NCBI RefSeq assembly: GCF_030028105.1
Contig: NC_092376.1
Location: 186,364,438 to 186,428,437 of the forward strand
Direction: 5' to 3'
DNA from: Mobula birostris
Taxonomy: Eukaryota
Length of the DNA: 64,000 nt
Below are positions 1 to 13,854 of the stretch, piece by piece. The first letter of the stretch is position 1. Every line of letters begins with the position of its first letter. The notes beneath the pieces are model-generated. The model worked only from the letters and a program-made list of their open reading frames with translations. It was not told the DNA's origin and did not search any database. Both the position numbers and the translations under genes were made by a program.

Positions 1-89
1 TCTTTGAGATGTTAACGACTTTTTTAACAAGAGGGTCAATTGTCTTCGGTAAGGATACAGCAAAAGACTGTAGCAAAATTCTGTGAAGT

Positions 90-453
90 GAGGATGCTTT
101 CAAAAATAATGAAATGAAAAGTTTCTAAATATCAAAAAAATCATATAAAGAGCAGTAAACAATTTTTAAAAAAAAGCAAATCAAGTTAATATTTGGTGTG
201 AACCCCCCCTCCTTTGTCTTTAAAACTGTATAAATTCCCTTAGGCATACTGCCATGCAGTTTTAAAAGAAAAACTGCTGGTAAATCATACCAAGCATTGT
301 GGAGAACTTGCCACAGTTCTGCAGACTTTGGCAGTCTCGCTAGCTTCTTTCTCTCCAGGTAATCCCAAACAGCCTCGGTGATGTTGAGATCAGGGCTCTG
401 TAGAGGCCGTACCATCTGAAACCATAGGTGCCTAAGACTTTTGCACACTACTG
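90..453 (-). mobile_element. Internally deleted Tc1/mariner transposon: TIR fused to the transposase C-terminus
   Basis: ORF 125..484 contains QSPDLNITEAVWDYL...KLHGSMPK...VLKTKEGG (Tc1 SPDLNPIE block). The TIR CAGTAGTGTGCAAAAGTCTTAGGCAC (428-453, minus) is next to TA at 454-455. Left boundary approximate. Confidence 0.85.
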
Positions 454-961
454 TATATTGGAAAAAGTTTAATTTAGTTCCCATATTCAGAATGGTTAAC
501 AGTTACAGACAACTAAGGCCTATTAGTCGAAGGAAAATTGAAGTCTTTGAGATTAGAAAGAAAATGTAGAACGGATATGAAATAGAACGAAGGTAAAAAG
601 GTGAGAATTGTGAATAATTTGTATTCATTATGTAAGAGGCAATTTAACACAGATAAATGTATAGAAAATAGAAACATTCATTTGCATACATTCCGCATAA
701 AATGTTGAAAATTTTAAATTGAAAATAATCTGTAGCAATTTTCCAAGAGTTTTCAAAAACGTACAAGGAGAACTAACAGAGAAAGTAAATCAATAAATGC
801 AATATAAGATTGCGTTGAAATCTATGCTCCATAAGTATAATTTTATAAAACCCTGCACTTCTGCATCATGGCTTTATGAAGTCAGGAAGGTGTCAATACT
901 TAAGGATCAGAATCAGAAGGAGGTTTATTATCACAGCGATATGTCATGAAATTTGTATATC

Positions 962-1290
962 TATAGAAGTCTTCAAGTGTTTTAGGTGACAAACCAAATC
1001 TCTTCTATCTCCTAATGAAATATAGTTGCTGTCTTGCCTTCTTTATAGCTGTGTTAATATGTTGAGACCAGGTTAGATCCTCAGAGGTCTTGACACCCAG
1101 GAACTTGAAATTGCTCACTCTCCACTTCTGATCCTTCTATGAGAATTGGTTGTGTTCCCTTGTTTTATCTTTCCTGAAGTCCACAATTAGCTCTTCCGTC
1201 TTACTGACATTGAGTGCAAGGTTGTTGTTGTGTCATCACTCAACTAGCTGGTATATTTAGCGTCAGTACACACCCCCATCTCCATCTGAG
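962..1290 (-). mobile_element. Rex1/Babar-type LINE RT fragment
   Basis: Minus strand reads approximately GSEVERVSNFKFLGVKTSEDLTWSQHINTAIKKARQQLYFIRR. Confidence 0.8.
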
Positions 1291-1329
1291 GATCAGAAAG
1301 TTTACCGGGATTTCATTGAAGATATCTGA

Positions 1330-1888
1330 AGTATTGCATATTGTTCTGGTTGTCCCATTATAGGAATAATGTCGTGGCTTTGGAGGAGGTACAAAAGGAA
1401 GTTTACCAGGATGCTGCCTGGATTAGCAGGCATGAGCTACAGTGAGAGGGTGGACAAACTGGGTTTTTTATCTGGAGTAGCAAAGGCCGAGAGTGGACCC
1501 GTTAGAGGTTTATGTGATTATGAGAGGCATAGATAGAGTAGACAGACAGTATCTTTTTCCCAGGGTTGAATTGTCTAACACCAGAAGGCATGCATTGAAG
1601 GTGAGAGGAGGTAATTTCAAAGAAAATATGAAGGGCGGGTTTTTTATTCAGAGAGTGATGGGTGCCTGGATTGTGCTGGCTCAGATTGTTGCAGACGCAG
1701 ATACATTTGAGACTTGAAAGAGATATTTAGATAGGCACAGGAGAGGAAAATGGAAAGATATGGACATTGTATAGGCAGAGGGGATTATTTTAGTTGGCCA
1801 TTTGATTACTAATTTAATTGGGCCGGCACATCATTGTGGGCCGAATGGCCTGTTCCTGTGCTGTACTGTTCTACATTCTATGTTCCAT
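1330..1888 (+). mobile_element. CR1 LINE 3' fragment
   Basis: FTRMLPGL...EVYVIMRGIDRVDRQYLFPRVELSNTRRH, followed by the GGCCTGTTCCTGTGCTGTA 3'UTR and a TTCTA(T/C) repeat tail. Confidence 0.9.
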
Positions 1889-3339
1889 ATTGCTGAAAGA
1901 CTGACTGAACTTCTAGGAAAAGGTTACTGAGAAGTAGCACTGTGCATTAAGTGATAGTTTAATGATCTGAATTATTTAACTAATCTTTGCTGAGTTACTA
2001 ATGTCCTTCCTTTTGAGGTAATCTGTCTTCAGCTTTTGGTTTCATAGGCCTCCAACCCTGCACAGCCATCTTCTACCTCCCTGCAAATATCTACAGACAG
2101 GACTACCTGGGTGGACAAACTTGGGATATTTTCTCTGCAGACAGACAGTATCAGAAAGGTTACAAGGCTTTCCTCTATTGAGTCACAGCTCTGATTCCAT
2201 TGTTTTATAATTGTTTAATTGTTTAAATTTAATTTTTTGTTGGTTCATAAGGATGACTTTGGGGACAGTGAGGGAAATTAGGTGTTAAGTTAGAGTTAGG
2301 GCCAGGGATGTGGGGAATTCATGGTAAAGTTGAAGTCTCCACTCAACGTTTGAATATGAGCTACGGAGACAAAGACACCTGCGGTCGGATATTGGATGTC
2401 CGAATGCCAGAGACTGGTTGAGGGCCCTTCCAGTCCGTGAGTTGTCGGCAAGTTCTATGTGGACAGAAGGATCACGTTCCGATGACCTCCTCGGTTCATG
2501 AATCAGTGAGACCAGAGTTCGAGGCCTAGTGTTTAGGGTGCTATCATTGGTGACTCTACAGTTTGAGGTTTTGTGTTTGGTGATTGTCATGTCTTAGATT
2601 CGATGCTGAGGATTGAGGCCCAATGGATAAATCAGAAAACTGGAAATCGTGGCCTGTTGGCTAGGTCCAAGTCTGTGAATCTGTGTGAGTCTGCAGCGGA
2701 GGTCAAAGCCCAATGTCTGCAGGCCTGAGTCTGCCGGAGGCTGGAGACTGTGTATGTGCATGGCTGGGAAGGAGGAATAGGGCTTGAATTTGCTGGTGTT
2801 GTTCTGTTGCTTGCTACGTTCCGTTATTCTACTGAGCATTGTGGGCATGCTGCTTTGGTGGCAGAATGTGTGATGACACTGCTGGTTGCTAGTACATCAC
2901 TGGGTTTGTACTTGTTAACACAAATGATGCATTTCACTGTATGGTTTGATGCACTCATGACAAATAAACTTAATTAGAGAAGTGAAATTCACTTCACCTT
3001 TGGTTAAGACAGTTAACTTTGATGTGTAGTGTTCAAGATTCTTCTTTACATAAGTTGCTTGGCATCTGCTCCCAACGTTAACAGTGTCTATGCCACCACC
3101 ACTAGGGTTGCCTTTTGCATGTCTGACAGCCCAGATCCCATGTTCCATGTTCCACGTTGAAGCATAGCCAGTCATCATCAGTCATGTCTGCCACCTCCAG
3201 CTCCAAAGCTCCCTTTGCTAAAGCTCCAGTACCTGTCACCTCTAACTTACAACCTCTCCCTCAATTCTCTGTTCCCTCCCTCATTCCATGTTACACTTGG
3301 CTGCTGTTGCAAGTGTAGATTGAGTAAAGGCTTCTGCAT

Positions 3340-3712
3340 TAGTCTCAGTAAAGCAGCTAACATAATCAAAGACCCTGCCCACATCCAACATTCTGTTTTC
3401 TCCCCTCTCCCATTGGGCAGAAGATACAGAAGTTTGATAGTACATACTACCGGCTCTCTCCCAGTGTTACCAGACTCTTGTTTAGACCTCTTGTACGATA
3501 AAATGGACTCCTGACCTCACAATGTACCTCCTTATGATCTTGCACTTTATTGTTTACCAGCATTTTCTCTGCAGCTGTTACACTTTATTCTGTATTATTA
3601 TTGCTTTACCTTGTTTTACCTCAGTGCACTGTGTAATGATTTTATGAACAGGATGCAAGACAAGTTCTCACTGTATATGGGTACATGTGGCAAAAATAAA
3701 TCAATACCAAAA
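3340..3712 (+). mobile_element. Rex1/Babar-type LINE 3' fragment
   Basis: KAANIIKDPAHIQHSVFSPLPLGRRYRSL in ORF 3215..3514, followed by 3'UTR and AATAAA. Confidence 0.8.
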
Positions 3713-4178
3713 TCAATGTAAATAGTAATATCTATTCTATGCAATAGCTTGCTCCAATAACAACTTTTCTATTACACCTTCCATTTCACTGTTGGGTGAT
3801 CTCCTTGCACCATGCCTTTCCCAGTGTGGAAAGATCTCTAGGCTGTCATTTCTTCACAGTAAGTGCCTTTTAAACTAGCATCTAAATTCCGAAATTCAAT
3901 AATTAATGCCCCACTGGCTTTAAATAAGTAATGATGTTGACACCTACCATCACATTAATAACAACATTTTAACAAATGTAAATATACTCTGGCTTAATGG
4001 ATCCACTAATCAGTTTATTGATGGATGCAAATTTATCGTGTAACACTTCATAATAATTGTATAAAACAAATTATTATAAGACAAAACAAATAAAACACTA
4101 ACACTGAGCAAGTAAATACACAGTAGATTTAGATTGATTCAATAATTTAATAAACATGACTATTTGCTGTTAGAATCC

Positions 4179-4579
4179 TTTTCTTTTTCAATCTTTTTAT
4201 TAATTTCAAAATATAGAAACAAAACATAGCAGTAATACAGATAATATGAGATGTATTGTTACATTTAAAAAAAGAGTAATTGCAAAACCAAATAGTGGAA
4301 ATTACCAAAACTCCCATACATGTAGAACTGATCACTGATAATATAAAGCAAAAAAAAAGGAAAAAGACAAAAAAAAGAAAAAAAAACCCATCCCAAAGAA
4401 AGAAAAACAACTAAACTAAACTAAAAGACTTGGGCAAAACTAACAACTTAAAAATGGAAAAGAAGAAAACCTCAGCGTCGACGCCTCCATTCCCCTCCAA
4501 CAACAGTACAGAGAAATAAAACCAGTTTGGAAATGATCAAATTACATCAAATGAAAATGCTGAATAAATGGCCTGTTAG
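4179..4579 (-). mobile_element. 5'-truncated L1/Tx1-like retroelement 3' end with 17-bp TSD
   Basis: Direct repeat ATTTGCTGTTAGAATCC at 4162-4178 and 4580-4596. Minus strand shows PFIQHFHLM* then a T-rich UTR, AATAAA and an A-rich tail. Confidence 0.75.
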
Positions 4580-5734
4580 ATTTGCTGTTAGAATCCAAAA
4601 GTTTAAAATAGTTTAAACTCTTGAACGGAAAGAAAATGATGAGTAAACTGGCATCTCTTCTTCTTTCCAAATGGTTTCTTCAAGCCACAGTAATTACTTC
4701 TTAATTAATATAATTTTGTATGTATAGGGGTTGATGTTAACTTGGACTGGGCTTTATAGAGGAAGGACAAAGAAGTTGGGTTGGTTCTGCTCGCTGCTGT
4801 ACAACATTTACTCAGCTCTGCAGTGACCTGAAGCTGTGGTCTGCACCAGCTGCAGTGATGCCTGACTTCCTGTATGTCAACTCTCTTTTGTTCTGAATGT
4901 TATTTGCCTACTGTTATTGCTTGTACGATTTGTTTCTTTTTCTCTCCCTGCACATTGGGTGTATGACGGTGTTCTTTTATTTTAATGATATCTTTTTGGT
5001 TTCTTTGTTTTATGGCTGCCTGCTGGGAGACAAAATCTCAAGGTTTATAATGTTTTTAATTCTTTGATGATAGATGTAATTTGGAATTTGAACTTTGATA
5101 AAATACTTCTTTGGGCTTAGGATTCCTTTAAGCATCAGCCTCCTGCACCAATGTGGATAACTTCACTCACCAGAACACTGAACTTATCACCAAACACAAC
5201 CTATGGGCTCACTTTCAAGGACGCTACAACTCATGTTCTCAGTGTTATTTGTTTACTTACTAAATATTATATTTTTTTTCTATTTGAACACTTTGTTTTC
5301 TTTTGCACATTTGTTGCTTGTTAGTCTTTGAATGCAGTTTTTCATTGATTCTATTGTATATCTTTACCCTACTGTAAATGTCTGCAAAAGAATGAATCTC
5401 ATTGTAGAACATAGGTATATACATACTTTGAAAATAAATTTACTTTGAACTTTGAAATTTGAACTTGGGATTCAGACGTTATTTGATAGATGCAACCTTG
5501 AATCCAATTGAGGTGCAAGGATGAAAGTATACAGTGGCTAAAAACAGAGCATAAGGTTGTTCTTCTCAAATTAGTGGCTTTCTGTGGAAGATGGAGACCT
5601 TCAGGGAAGTTTCAAGTGATGGAAATATCTTCTAGAATCCAGGACAGGGGAGGTGTTCTCTTCTTGCAAAGAAAGTCAGTGGTCACTGAGATAGATTCTT
5701 CATCCTTGTTGTTAACTTCCTGGAAATCCCAACT

Positions 5735-6270
5735 TCACTTGGAGTATTATGAGTAGTTTTGGGCTCCTCATCTAAGAAGCATATGTGTTGGCACTGGAAA
5801 GGATCCAGAGGAGGTTCAGAAGAATGATCCCAGGAATGAAAGGTTTAATCTATGAGAGGCATTTGATAGCTCCGGGCCTGCATTCACTGGAGTTCAGAAG
5901 AATGAGGGGGTTCTCATTTAAATCTATTGAATATTGAAAGAGTGGACATGCAGACAATGTTTCCTATAGTGAGGAGTCTAGAGCCAGAGGATACTGCCTC
6001 AGAACACAAGGGTGTGCCTTTAGAACAGAGATGAGCAGGAATTTCTTTAGCCTGAAGGAGGAGAATCTGTGAAGTTCATTGCATTGGACAGCTGTGGAGG
6101 TCAAATCATTGGGTGTACTTCAAGTGAAGTTTGATAGGTTCTTGATTAGTAACTGGATCAAAGATCATGAAGAGAATGTGGGGAATGGGGTTGAGAGGGA
6201 TAATAAATCAGCCATGATGAAATTGTGAAGAAGATTCAAAGGACCAATGGCCTAGTCCTGCTCCTGTGTC
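5735..6270 (+). mobile_element. Degenerate CR1 3' fragment
   Basis: LEY..FWAPHL..LERIQRRFRRMIPGMKGL..EFRRMRG motifs and the CR1 3'UTR ATGGCCTAGTCCTGCTCCT. Confidence 0.85.
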
Positions 6271-7339
6271 TAAAACTAAACTCACTCACTTTCTGAATTA
6301 GGACATCATCGATGATTTTAATGGCATTAATGGGCATCAACTTATATTTATGCCTGATAACAACAAGAGTATCGTTCATCATCAAACACTGGATATCAGA
6401 AGAAGTCCAATGGAAAACTGAGTTCACTATTCACTCAATGAAACTTAAAACGTCTCATGATAAAATATAAAATAAGGCACTTCCTAGTTAATTTTGATAG
6501 ATGGCAGCATAAAGAGTCTACCCTGCATTACTTCAAACAAAATTATATTTTGTCTCAACTCATTTCCTCTTTTGCAGCTACAACATCAGAAATTCACCCG
6601 AATTTCATTCAGCAAAGTGTCCATGTTAGACAATAGTAGCTGAACAATATACTCACACGAGATTCTGCAGATGCTGGAAATCCAGAGCAATGCATACAAA
6701 GTTCTGGAGGAACGCATCAGATCAGGCAGCATGGACAGAGAAGAATAAAGAGCTGATGTTTCGAGTTTAGACCCTTTAACTGAGTATTATACTTCAGTCT
6801 TGAAAACTGGCTATCATGTGTTTTTTTCACTAACCTCCTCAAAATGAGATTGAAGGTATTATGTCCATGGTACAGGCATGGATTTTATGATAATAATCTG
6901 TACTTTTGAAATGGCTTTATTAAAATAACTAGATGCAATTACCCATTGATAACATGTTCAATTAAATCCCATCAGGAAGATTCACATGACTGTAATAAGT
7001 ATAATTAAGATTTTAAAGCTGTATAAAACACAGTCAAGCATTGATTAAAATCGTATTAGTGTTCTAACGTGAATTTTCCATCTGCTCAATTTGAAGTTTA
7101 TCCCAAGATCTTGAGCCCACTGTTGGGAATGTGCACACCATACAGTGTGCTTGGCATTAGTGCAGGATAAGTATCGGCTGTTTCTACAATGAGCTTATTT
7201 TAATGGAGAGCCAAACTATTAAGTTGGCAATTCCTTAAATACAGCTTACATTTTTATGAATGAATACTCACAACCTGAACGCTCTTGTTCTGAGATTTAA
7301 TGTCAGGTGTGCATTGGTGGAAAATTATTTTTTGCCCTC

Positions 7340-8450
7340 TGTAGGACGATAAGAGCAATATTAGGCCATTTGGTCCATTGAGTCTGCTCTGCTATTTCAG
7401 CATGGCTGAAGCATTTTCCTCTCAGCCTCAATCACCTATGTTTTCTCCATGTCCTTCTGCTTTAAATATACCCACTGACTTGACCTCCACAGCGGCCTAT
7501 AGCAATGAATTGCATAGACTCACCACTATCTGGCTAAAGAAATTCCTCCACATCTCCATTTTAAAAGGGTATCCCTTTATTCTGAGGCTGTGTCCTCTGG
7601 TCTGAGATTCTGTCTTCCAAATCATTGACATATAATGTAAATGTGCCCCCAAGTACTTCAAAACCAGTAAACTCCAACATCTTCCCAACCACAGAGGTCA
7701 GACTGTCAGACTGACTGACCTATAATTTCCTTTCTGTCTCTGTCCCTTCTTGAAGAGTGGAGTAACATTTGCAAATTTCCATTCCTCCCAAACCATGCCA
7801 GAATCAATTGATTCTTGAAGGATCATTATTAATGTCTCCACAATCTCTTCTGCCACCTCTTTCAGAACCCTGGGGTGTACACCATCTGGTTCAGGTGACT
7901 TATCTACCTTCAAACCTTTCAGTTTCCCTACAACCTTTTCCCTTGTAATCGCAAATTCACACATTTCTGATCCTTGACCCTCTCAAACCTTCAACATACT
8001 GCTAGTGTCTTCTACAATGAAGAATGATGCAAAGTACTTATTCAGTTTTTCCTCCATTTCTTTGTCCCCTTTTACTACCTCTCCAGCATCAACTTTCAGT
8101 GATCTGATATTACTTTTGCCTCTGTTTTATACTTTATATATCAGAAGAAACGTTTGGTATCCTCTTTAACAATATTGGTCAGATTTTGTATTCCATCTTT
8201 TCCTTCTTTCTATGATTTTTTTTAGTTGTCTTCTGTTGATTTTTGAAAGCTTCCCAATCCTCTAACTTCTGACTAATTTTTGTTCGATTATATACCCCCT
8301 CTTTAGCTTTTATGTTGGCTTTGACTTCTCTTGTCAGTCACGATTGTGTCATCCTGCCTTAAGAATATCTCTGCCTCTTTGGAATGTATATATGCTGCAC
8401 TTTCTGAATTGATCCCAGAAATATCAGGCATTACTGCTCTGCTGGCATCT
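7340..8450 (-). mobile_element. CR1 LINE fragments (3' end plus pre-RT region, internally deleted)
   Basis: ORF 7698..7964 reads KSPEPDGVHPRVLKE...WKFANVTPLFKKG...NYRSVSLT. ORF 7497..7688 reads TRGHSLRIKGYPFKMEMWRNFFSQ. Confidence 0.9.
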
Positions 8451-8557
8451 GAAGCTTTGACACCCTTACTAATCAAGAGCACATCAACCTCTGCTTTAAA
8501 TAAACATGATGGCTTTACCTCCAACGCTGTCTGTTGCAATGAATTCCATTGTGTCAA

Positions 8558-9380
8558 AATGCAAGATTCAAGATGTTTTAATGTCATTTCCAGTTCACAA
8601 GTGTAAAGGAGAACAAAACAATTGTTACTCTGGATCTGATTGGGCACAGAGAAAAGAAAAACACAATAAGATAAAGAACTTAATAATAGAACACAATAAA
8701 TATAAACACAGAAGATAGCTTATATACATAGATTGAGTATATGTGATGCACAGGAATAGCTGTACATAGGTGATTGACAGGAAATGATAAAGTAGTGCTG
8801 GTCGGGGTGTGGAAGGGTGTGTTACCATGTTGAGGTATTGATCGCTCTTAATGATTGAAGAAAGTAACTGTTTTTGAGTTTGGAGGTCCTGGCTTGGATG
8901 CTACGTACCCTCCTCCCTGACAGAAGTGGGACAAACAGTCCACGAGCAGGCTGGGTGGGATCTTTGATGATGTTACTGTCCTTTTCTCTGACAGTTTTCT
9001 GTATATAGTGTATGTCCCTGATGGTGGGTCGGTTGGTACCAATGATGCACGAAGCAGTTTTGACTGCCCGTTGAAGAGCCTTGCTCTCTGCTGCACAACA
9101 GTTTCCATATCAAGCAGTGATGCAGCATGTTGGATGCTCCTTATTGTGCATCTGTAGAATGACATGATTATAGCTGTGCAGAGTCACGTGCTCTTCAGAC
9201 TCCTCAGAAAGCAGAGATGTTGGTGAGCTTTTCTGATTGTGCAGAGTATGTTCTGGGACCTTGAGAGGTTGAATGAAATGTGAATTCCCAGGAGTTTAAA
9301 ATGCTCTCAATTTCCACCGCTGAGCTGCTGGTGTAAAGAAAAGTGTGAGTTGTGTAAGCTCTCCTGATAGCCTTCTCCTT
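8558..9380 (-). mobile_element. Rex1/Babar-type LINE 3' part inserted into a CR1 fragment
   Basis: ORF 8848..9165 begins SFYRCTI, with frameshifted KDP.HP..GLF..LSGRR motifs. CAAGATT tail at about 8562. CR1 sequence lies at 8450-8550 and resumes at about 9395. Confidence 0.8.
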
Positions 9381-9539
9381 TGTATTGTTGACAAAGAACT
9401 TTAGCCTCTTACTAAATAAATTCCTCCTCATCTGTTCAAAAGGGATGTTCATTTATTCAGAAATTGTGTCCTCTGGCCCTAGACTCCCCAACTGTAGGAA
9501 ACATCCTCTCCACGCCCACTCTGAGGTATCGGATGAATG

Positions 9540-9875
9540 GCCGATCATGGTCTTTCCACGACTATGATTGTTCTTGACAAATTATTCTACAGAAGTGGTT
9601 TGCCATTACCTTCTTTGGGCCAGTGTATTTACAAGATGGGTGACCCCAGCCATTACCAATACTCTCCAGAGATTGTCTGCCTGGCGTCAGTGGTCGCATA
9701 ACCAAGACTTGTGATGTGAAACAGCTGCTCATATGATCATCCACAACCTGCTTTCATGGCTTTAAGCGACCCTGATCAGGGAGTTAAGAAGATGCTACAT
9801 CTTGCCCAAGCGTGACCTACAGGCTAGTGCAGGAAGGAGCTCATTACACTTCTTTTGGTAGAGAATTATCTCCAT
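9540..9875 (-). mobile_element. Short non-autonomous element with an RTE/BovB-like end (copy 1 of 4)
   Basis: AGAAGTGGTTTGCCATT(G/A)CCTTC motif and body shared with 14835-15175, 29130-29510 and 59700-60292. Confidence 0.7.
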
Positions 9876-10289
9876 ATTCAATAGGTTTCAATTCATCTAA
9901 ATTCCAATGAGTGCAGGCTCAGCCTTAACTTTACTGTAAATAACCAGAAGTACAAATGGATAAAACTTATAATCATCCTGTAAAAACAACACGAAGGAAA
10001 CCAGAAATAAAACCAGACTGTGTTGGACATCCCCAGAGCAAGTCAAGCAGCAATCTTATCTTTTATTCATGCATGCAAAGTGGCCATCATTGGCAAGGCT
10101 GGCAGTTCTTGTTCAACCATGATTGCATAGTTATGAGGTACCTTCTTGAAACCTACATCTGTCTCCCTCACTACTGCTGAGTTGGGAGCTCCATGGTTTA
10201 GACTATATTTGAACAACAAAAGAGACATCCAGCATCAAATACTGGAGATCAAACTCTTCTAGAAGTATTGATTGAAGTTAACAGCAACC

Positions 10290-11200
10290 TTTGATGATAC
10301 AAAGGTTGGGGCTGCTGTGGATAGTGTGGAGGGCTGTCAAAGGTTACAGCGGGACATTGATAGGATGCAAAACTGGGCTGAGAAGTGGCAGATGGAGCTC
10401 AACACGGATAAATGTGAGGTGGTTCATTTTGGTAGGTCAAATATGATGGCAGAGTATAGTATTAATGGTAAGCCTCTTGGCAGTGTGGAGGATTAGAGGG
10501 ATCTTGGGGTCTGAGTCCATAGAACACTCAAAGCTGCTGCGTAGGTTGACCCTGTGGTTAAGAAAGCATACTGTGCATTGGCTTTCATCAATTGTGGGAT
10601 TCAGTTTAGGAGCTGAGAAGTAATGTTGCAGCTATATCGAGCCCTGGTCAGACTTCTCTTGGAGTTCTGTGCTCAGTTCTGGTCGCCTCACTATAGGAAG
10701 GATGTGGAAACCATAGAAAAGGTGCAGAGGAGATTTACAAGGATGTTTCCTGGATTGGGGAGCATGCCTTATGAGAATAGGTTGAGTGAACTCAGCCTTT
10801 TTTCCTTGGAGCGATGGAGGATGAGATGTGACTTGATAGAAGTGTATAAAATGATGAGAGGCAATGATTGTGTGAATAGTCAGGGGCTTTTTCCCACGGC
10901 TGAAATGGCTAGCAAGAGAGGGCACAGTTCTAAGCTGCTTGGAAGTAGGTACAGAGGTGATGTCAGGGGTAAATGTTTTACGCAAAGAGTTGTGAGTGCG
11001 TGGAATGGGCTGCTGGTGACGGTGCTGGAGGCGGATACAATAGGGTCTTGTAAGAGACTCCTGGACAGGTACATGGAGCTCAGCAAAATAGAGTGATATG
11101 GGTAATCCTAGGTAATTTCTAAAGTAAGGATATGTTCGGTACAGCTTTGTGGGCTGAAGGGCCTGTTTTGTGCTGCAGATTTTCTATGCTTCTATGTTCT
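10290..11200 (+). mobile_element. CR1 LINE 3' ~0.9 kb
   Basis: ORF 10272..10496 reads DDTKVG...LQRDIDRMQNWAEKWQME; ORF 10623..11096 reads LEFCAQFWSPHYRKDVETIEKVQRRFTRM. TTCTATG tail. Confidence 0.95.
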
Positions 11201-11299
11201 AACTTGTAGTTAGGTAGCACCAATGATGAAATGTGTTGAGAGATCTTCCACGGTTACTTGCAATCAAATTGTGACTCTAAAACCATCTCAGAATTGGTT

Positions 11300-11645
11300 A
11301 AGATTAAGATTAAGGTCATCTGTATTTGTCACATGTACATCAAAATATCAAAACATACAGAGAAATTCATTGTTTCTATCAACAGCCAATACGTTCTGAG
11401 GATTTCTGGGGACAGTCTGCAAATGTTGCCATGCTTCCAGTGCCAACGCAACATGCGCATATTTTACTAATCCTAACTTGTATATTTTACATTTTTGGAC
11501 TGCTGAAGGATACTGGAGCACCCGGAGGAAATATACACAGTCACACACACATTCCTTACAGACAGCAGTGGGAATTGAACCTCGATTTTATGATCTTACC
11601 GCTAGCACTGTAAAGTGTTTTGTCAACTGCTATACTACTGTCCTG
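11300..11645 (-). mobile_element. tRNA-headed SINE (V-SINE/HE1-like) with a LINE-derived tail
   Basis: B-box GGTTCAATTCC on the minus strand near 11570-11582, then a CTCCGGGTGCTCCAGTATCC body. Relatives at about 2780-2975, 19258-19530, 34740-35030 and 58890-59468. Confidence 0.65.
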
Positions 11646-13854
11646 TCCCAATTACCACAAGTTCAGTTGAAAATATAGGAGAAATGGAATGGTTGGAAGG
11701 AAGGAATAGAGAAGTTTTAGGGAAGTGTTTTCATTATTCATGACGTGGATTGCTTCAGGCAAAGCTTGGCTGAGGGGAATCAAAGAGACCAGAAAAGCAG
11801 GAGGAATGGAATCCCAGAAAGTTGTAAAGCTGATGCAGACAAAATGAAGAAGGGAAGATTGAATCCTTGGGGGCTTTAAATAACTGCAATGAGGATAGAT
11901 GAACAGCAGATGCCATAAATTAATTCCCTTTAGAACGACAAACACAGCAAATGGGAAAATGCAAATCAGCATTGTTACCGGTCCCTTGAGCACATAATCG
12001 TAATGCACCAGACCTCTGGGAAATGCAAAGCTTTGGCTCTATTGTCTATTCCTGCACTATCTGTGACCTCTGCCACCATGAAGGATGCCAGCATATGGGG
12101 ACACCACCACCTGCAGATTTCCCTCCAATCATTCATCATCCAAAATTGGAAATAACTGCAAAGAAATAGTAATCAATGGACATCTGTGTAAAAAGAAGCA
12201 TTTTTTATTGAACGTAGAACAGTACAACACAGGAACAGGCTCTCAGCCTACAATATTGTGCTGAACTAATTAAATAATTAGTGCCTAACTACACTAATCC
12301 CCTTTACGCATGGCACGATCTGTCTCAATGGTGTACAGAGTTTTTCACTGCACTGCATGCAGTGAACTTGTCAATAATAAACCAAACCTGAATACAGGAC
12401 ATTCAGCAGATGCTGGAAATCCAGAGCAACACACACAAAATGCTGCAGGAACTCAGCAGGTCAGGCAGCACCCATGGAAATGAATAAAGAGTTGACACTT
12501 GAACCAAAAATAACCACTACCACTCAAGTTTAAGTTCAAGTTTATCGTCACCTGACTGTAGACATATACACCCAAACAAAATAATGTTCCTCCGGACCTC
12601 AGTGCACCTACAAAATATATATTGCACACAGTGCTTAAATCAGTTGCCACAAAAATGTAAGTTAATAAAATAACATTCAAAATGTATGTGCATCAGAAGT
12701 AAACGGTAAGCAGTTCACCGTCCTAGTGATGAGCCTTGGTGGTGGCAGGGAATCCATTGGACTCACAGTGTAGTCTGGCATTCCTCGTCCTACTGCTCCT
12801 GTGCCTCCTTCCTGACATTAGTGGAAGAGATTGTGGGATAGGTGGTAGGGATCCTCAGCAATGGTTTGAGCCCTTCGTATACAACGCTCCTGGTAAATAT
12901 CACAAATTTACATTAATTCTACAGTATTATATTGGGATTAAAGATTTAAGTGTACAATTCAGCTTCTCAAGGACATTTAAGAATTCGTAATAAATGCTGG
13001 ATTGGCCAGTTTTGTCCACCTGCTGAAACAAGGAATATTAAACAATCAAGTTGCATATAGCGGCACACCTTTAAATATTTGGTCTCAAAATTTACCTTCA
13101 ACCAGTTGTTTTCCCAAGCTTCCACTATGAACAGAAAATGTTTAATTCAGCATAATAGGGATAACTTATTTGCATTGCATCAGTCATGCATTTTTCTGAA
13201 TTGCTACTCAGGAAAATATTTTGCATTTGCAAAATTCTCTCGGAGATTAATGAGAGAAGCCAAGCCAATGGCACTTAGAGGATAAGAAAGGATGTGTCAG
13301 AAATGGTTTGTGCTACTGTTCGGAGCTCAGGCAGATACAACATGGAGGGTTTGCACTTGCTGATACAAATGGTTCAAAGGTTCAAAGTGCATTTATTATC
13401 AAGGCATGTATACGTTATACAACCTTGAGATTCGTCTCTTAACAGGCGGCCACGAAACAAAGAATCCCAAAAGAACCCATAAAAAAGGCTGTCAAACAGC
13501 ACAATGTGCAAAGAAAAGGAAAAAAAAATATGTGAGATGTTGCAAGATTTAAGTGAGAATGTCCAGTGTCCGGACAGGGTAAATGGATCTAGAATAATAA
13601 CTCTCTTTACCTTGGTTGTGTAGGAAGAGTGATATTATTACGGAACATTGTCACCTGAGTTATAAGGAAAATTTGAACAGGTCAGAAACAGATTAAATAT
13701 CACCGGCACTGTTGTGAAGTTTGTTAACTTTGTGGTAGCGGTATAATACAATACATAATAATTTTGAAAGTTAAATTCAGTTAGTAGCGTTTTTGGGTTT
13801 AATGTCCATTTAGAAATCAGATGGCAGAGGGGATGAATCTGTTCCTGAATCATT

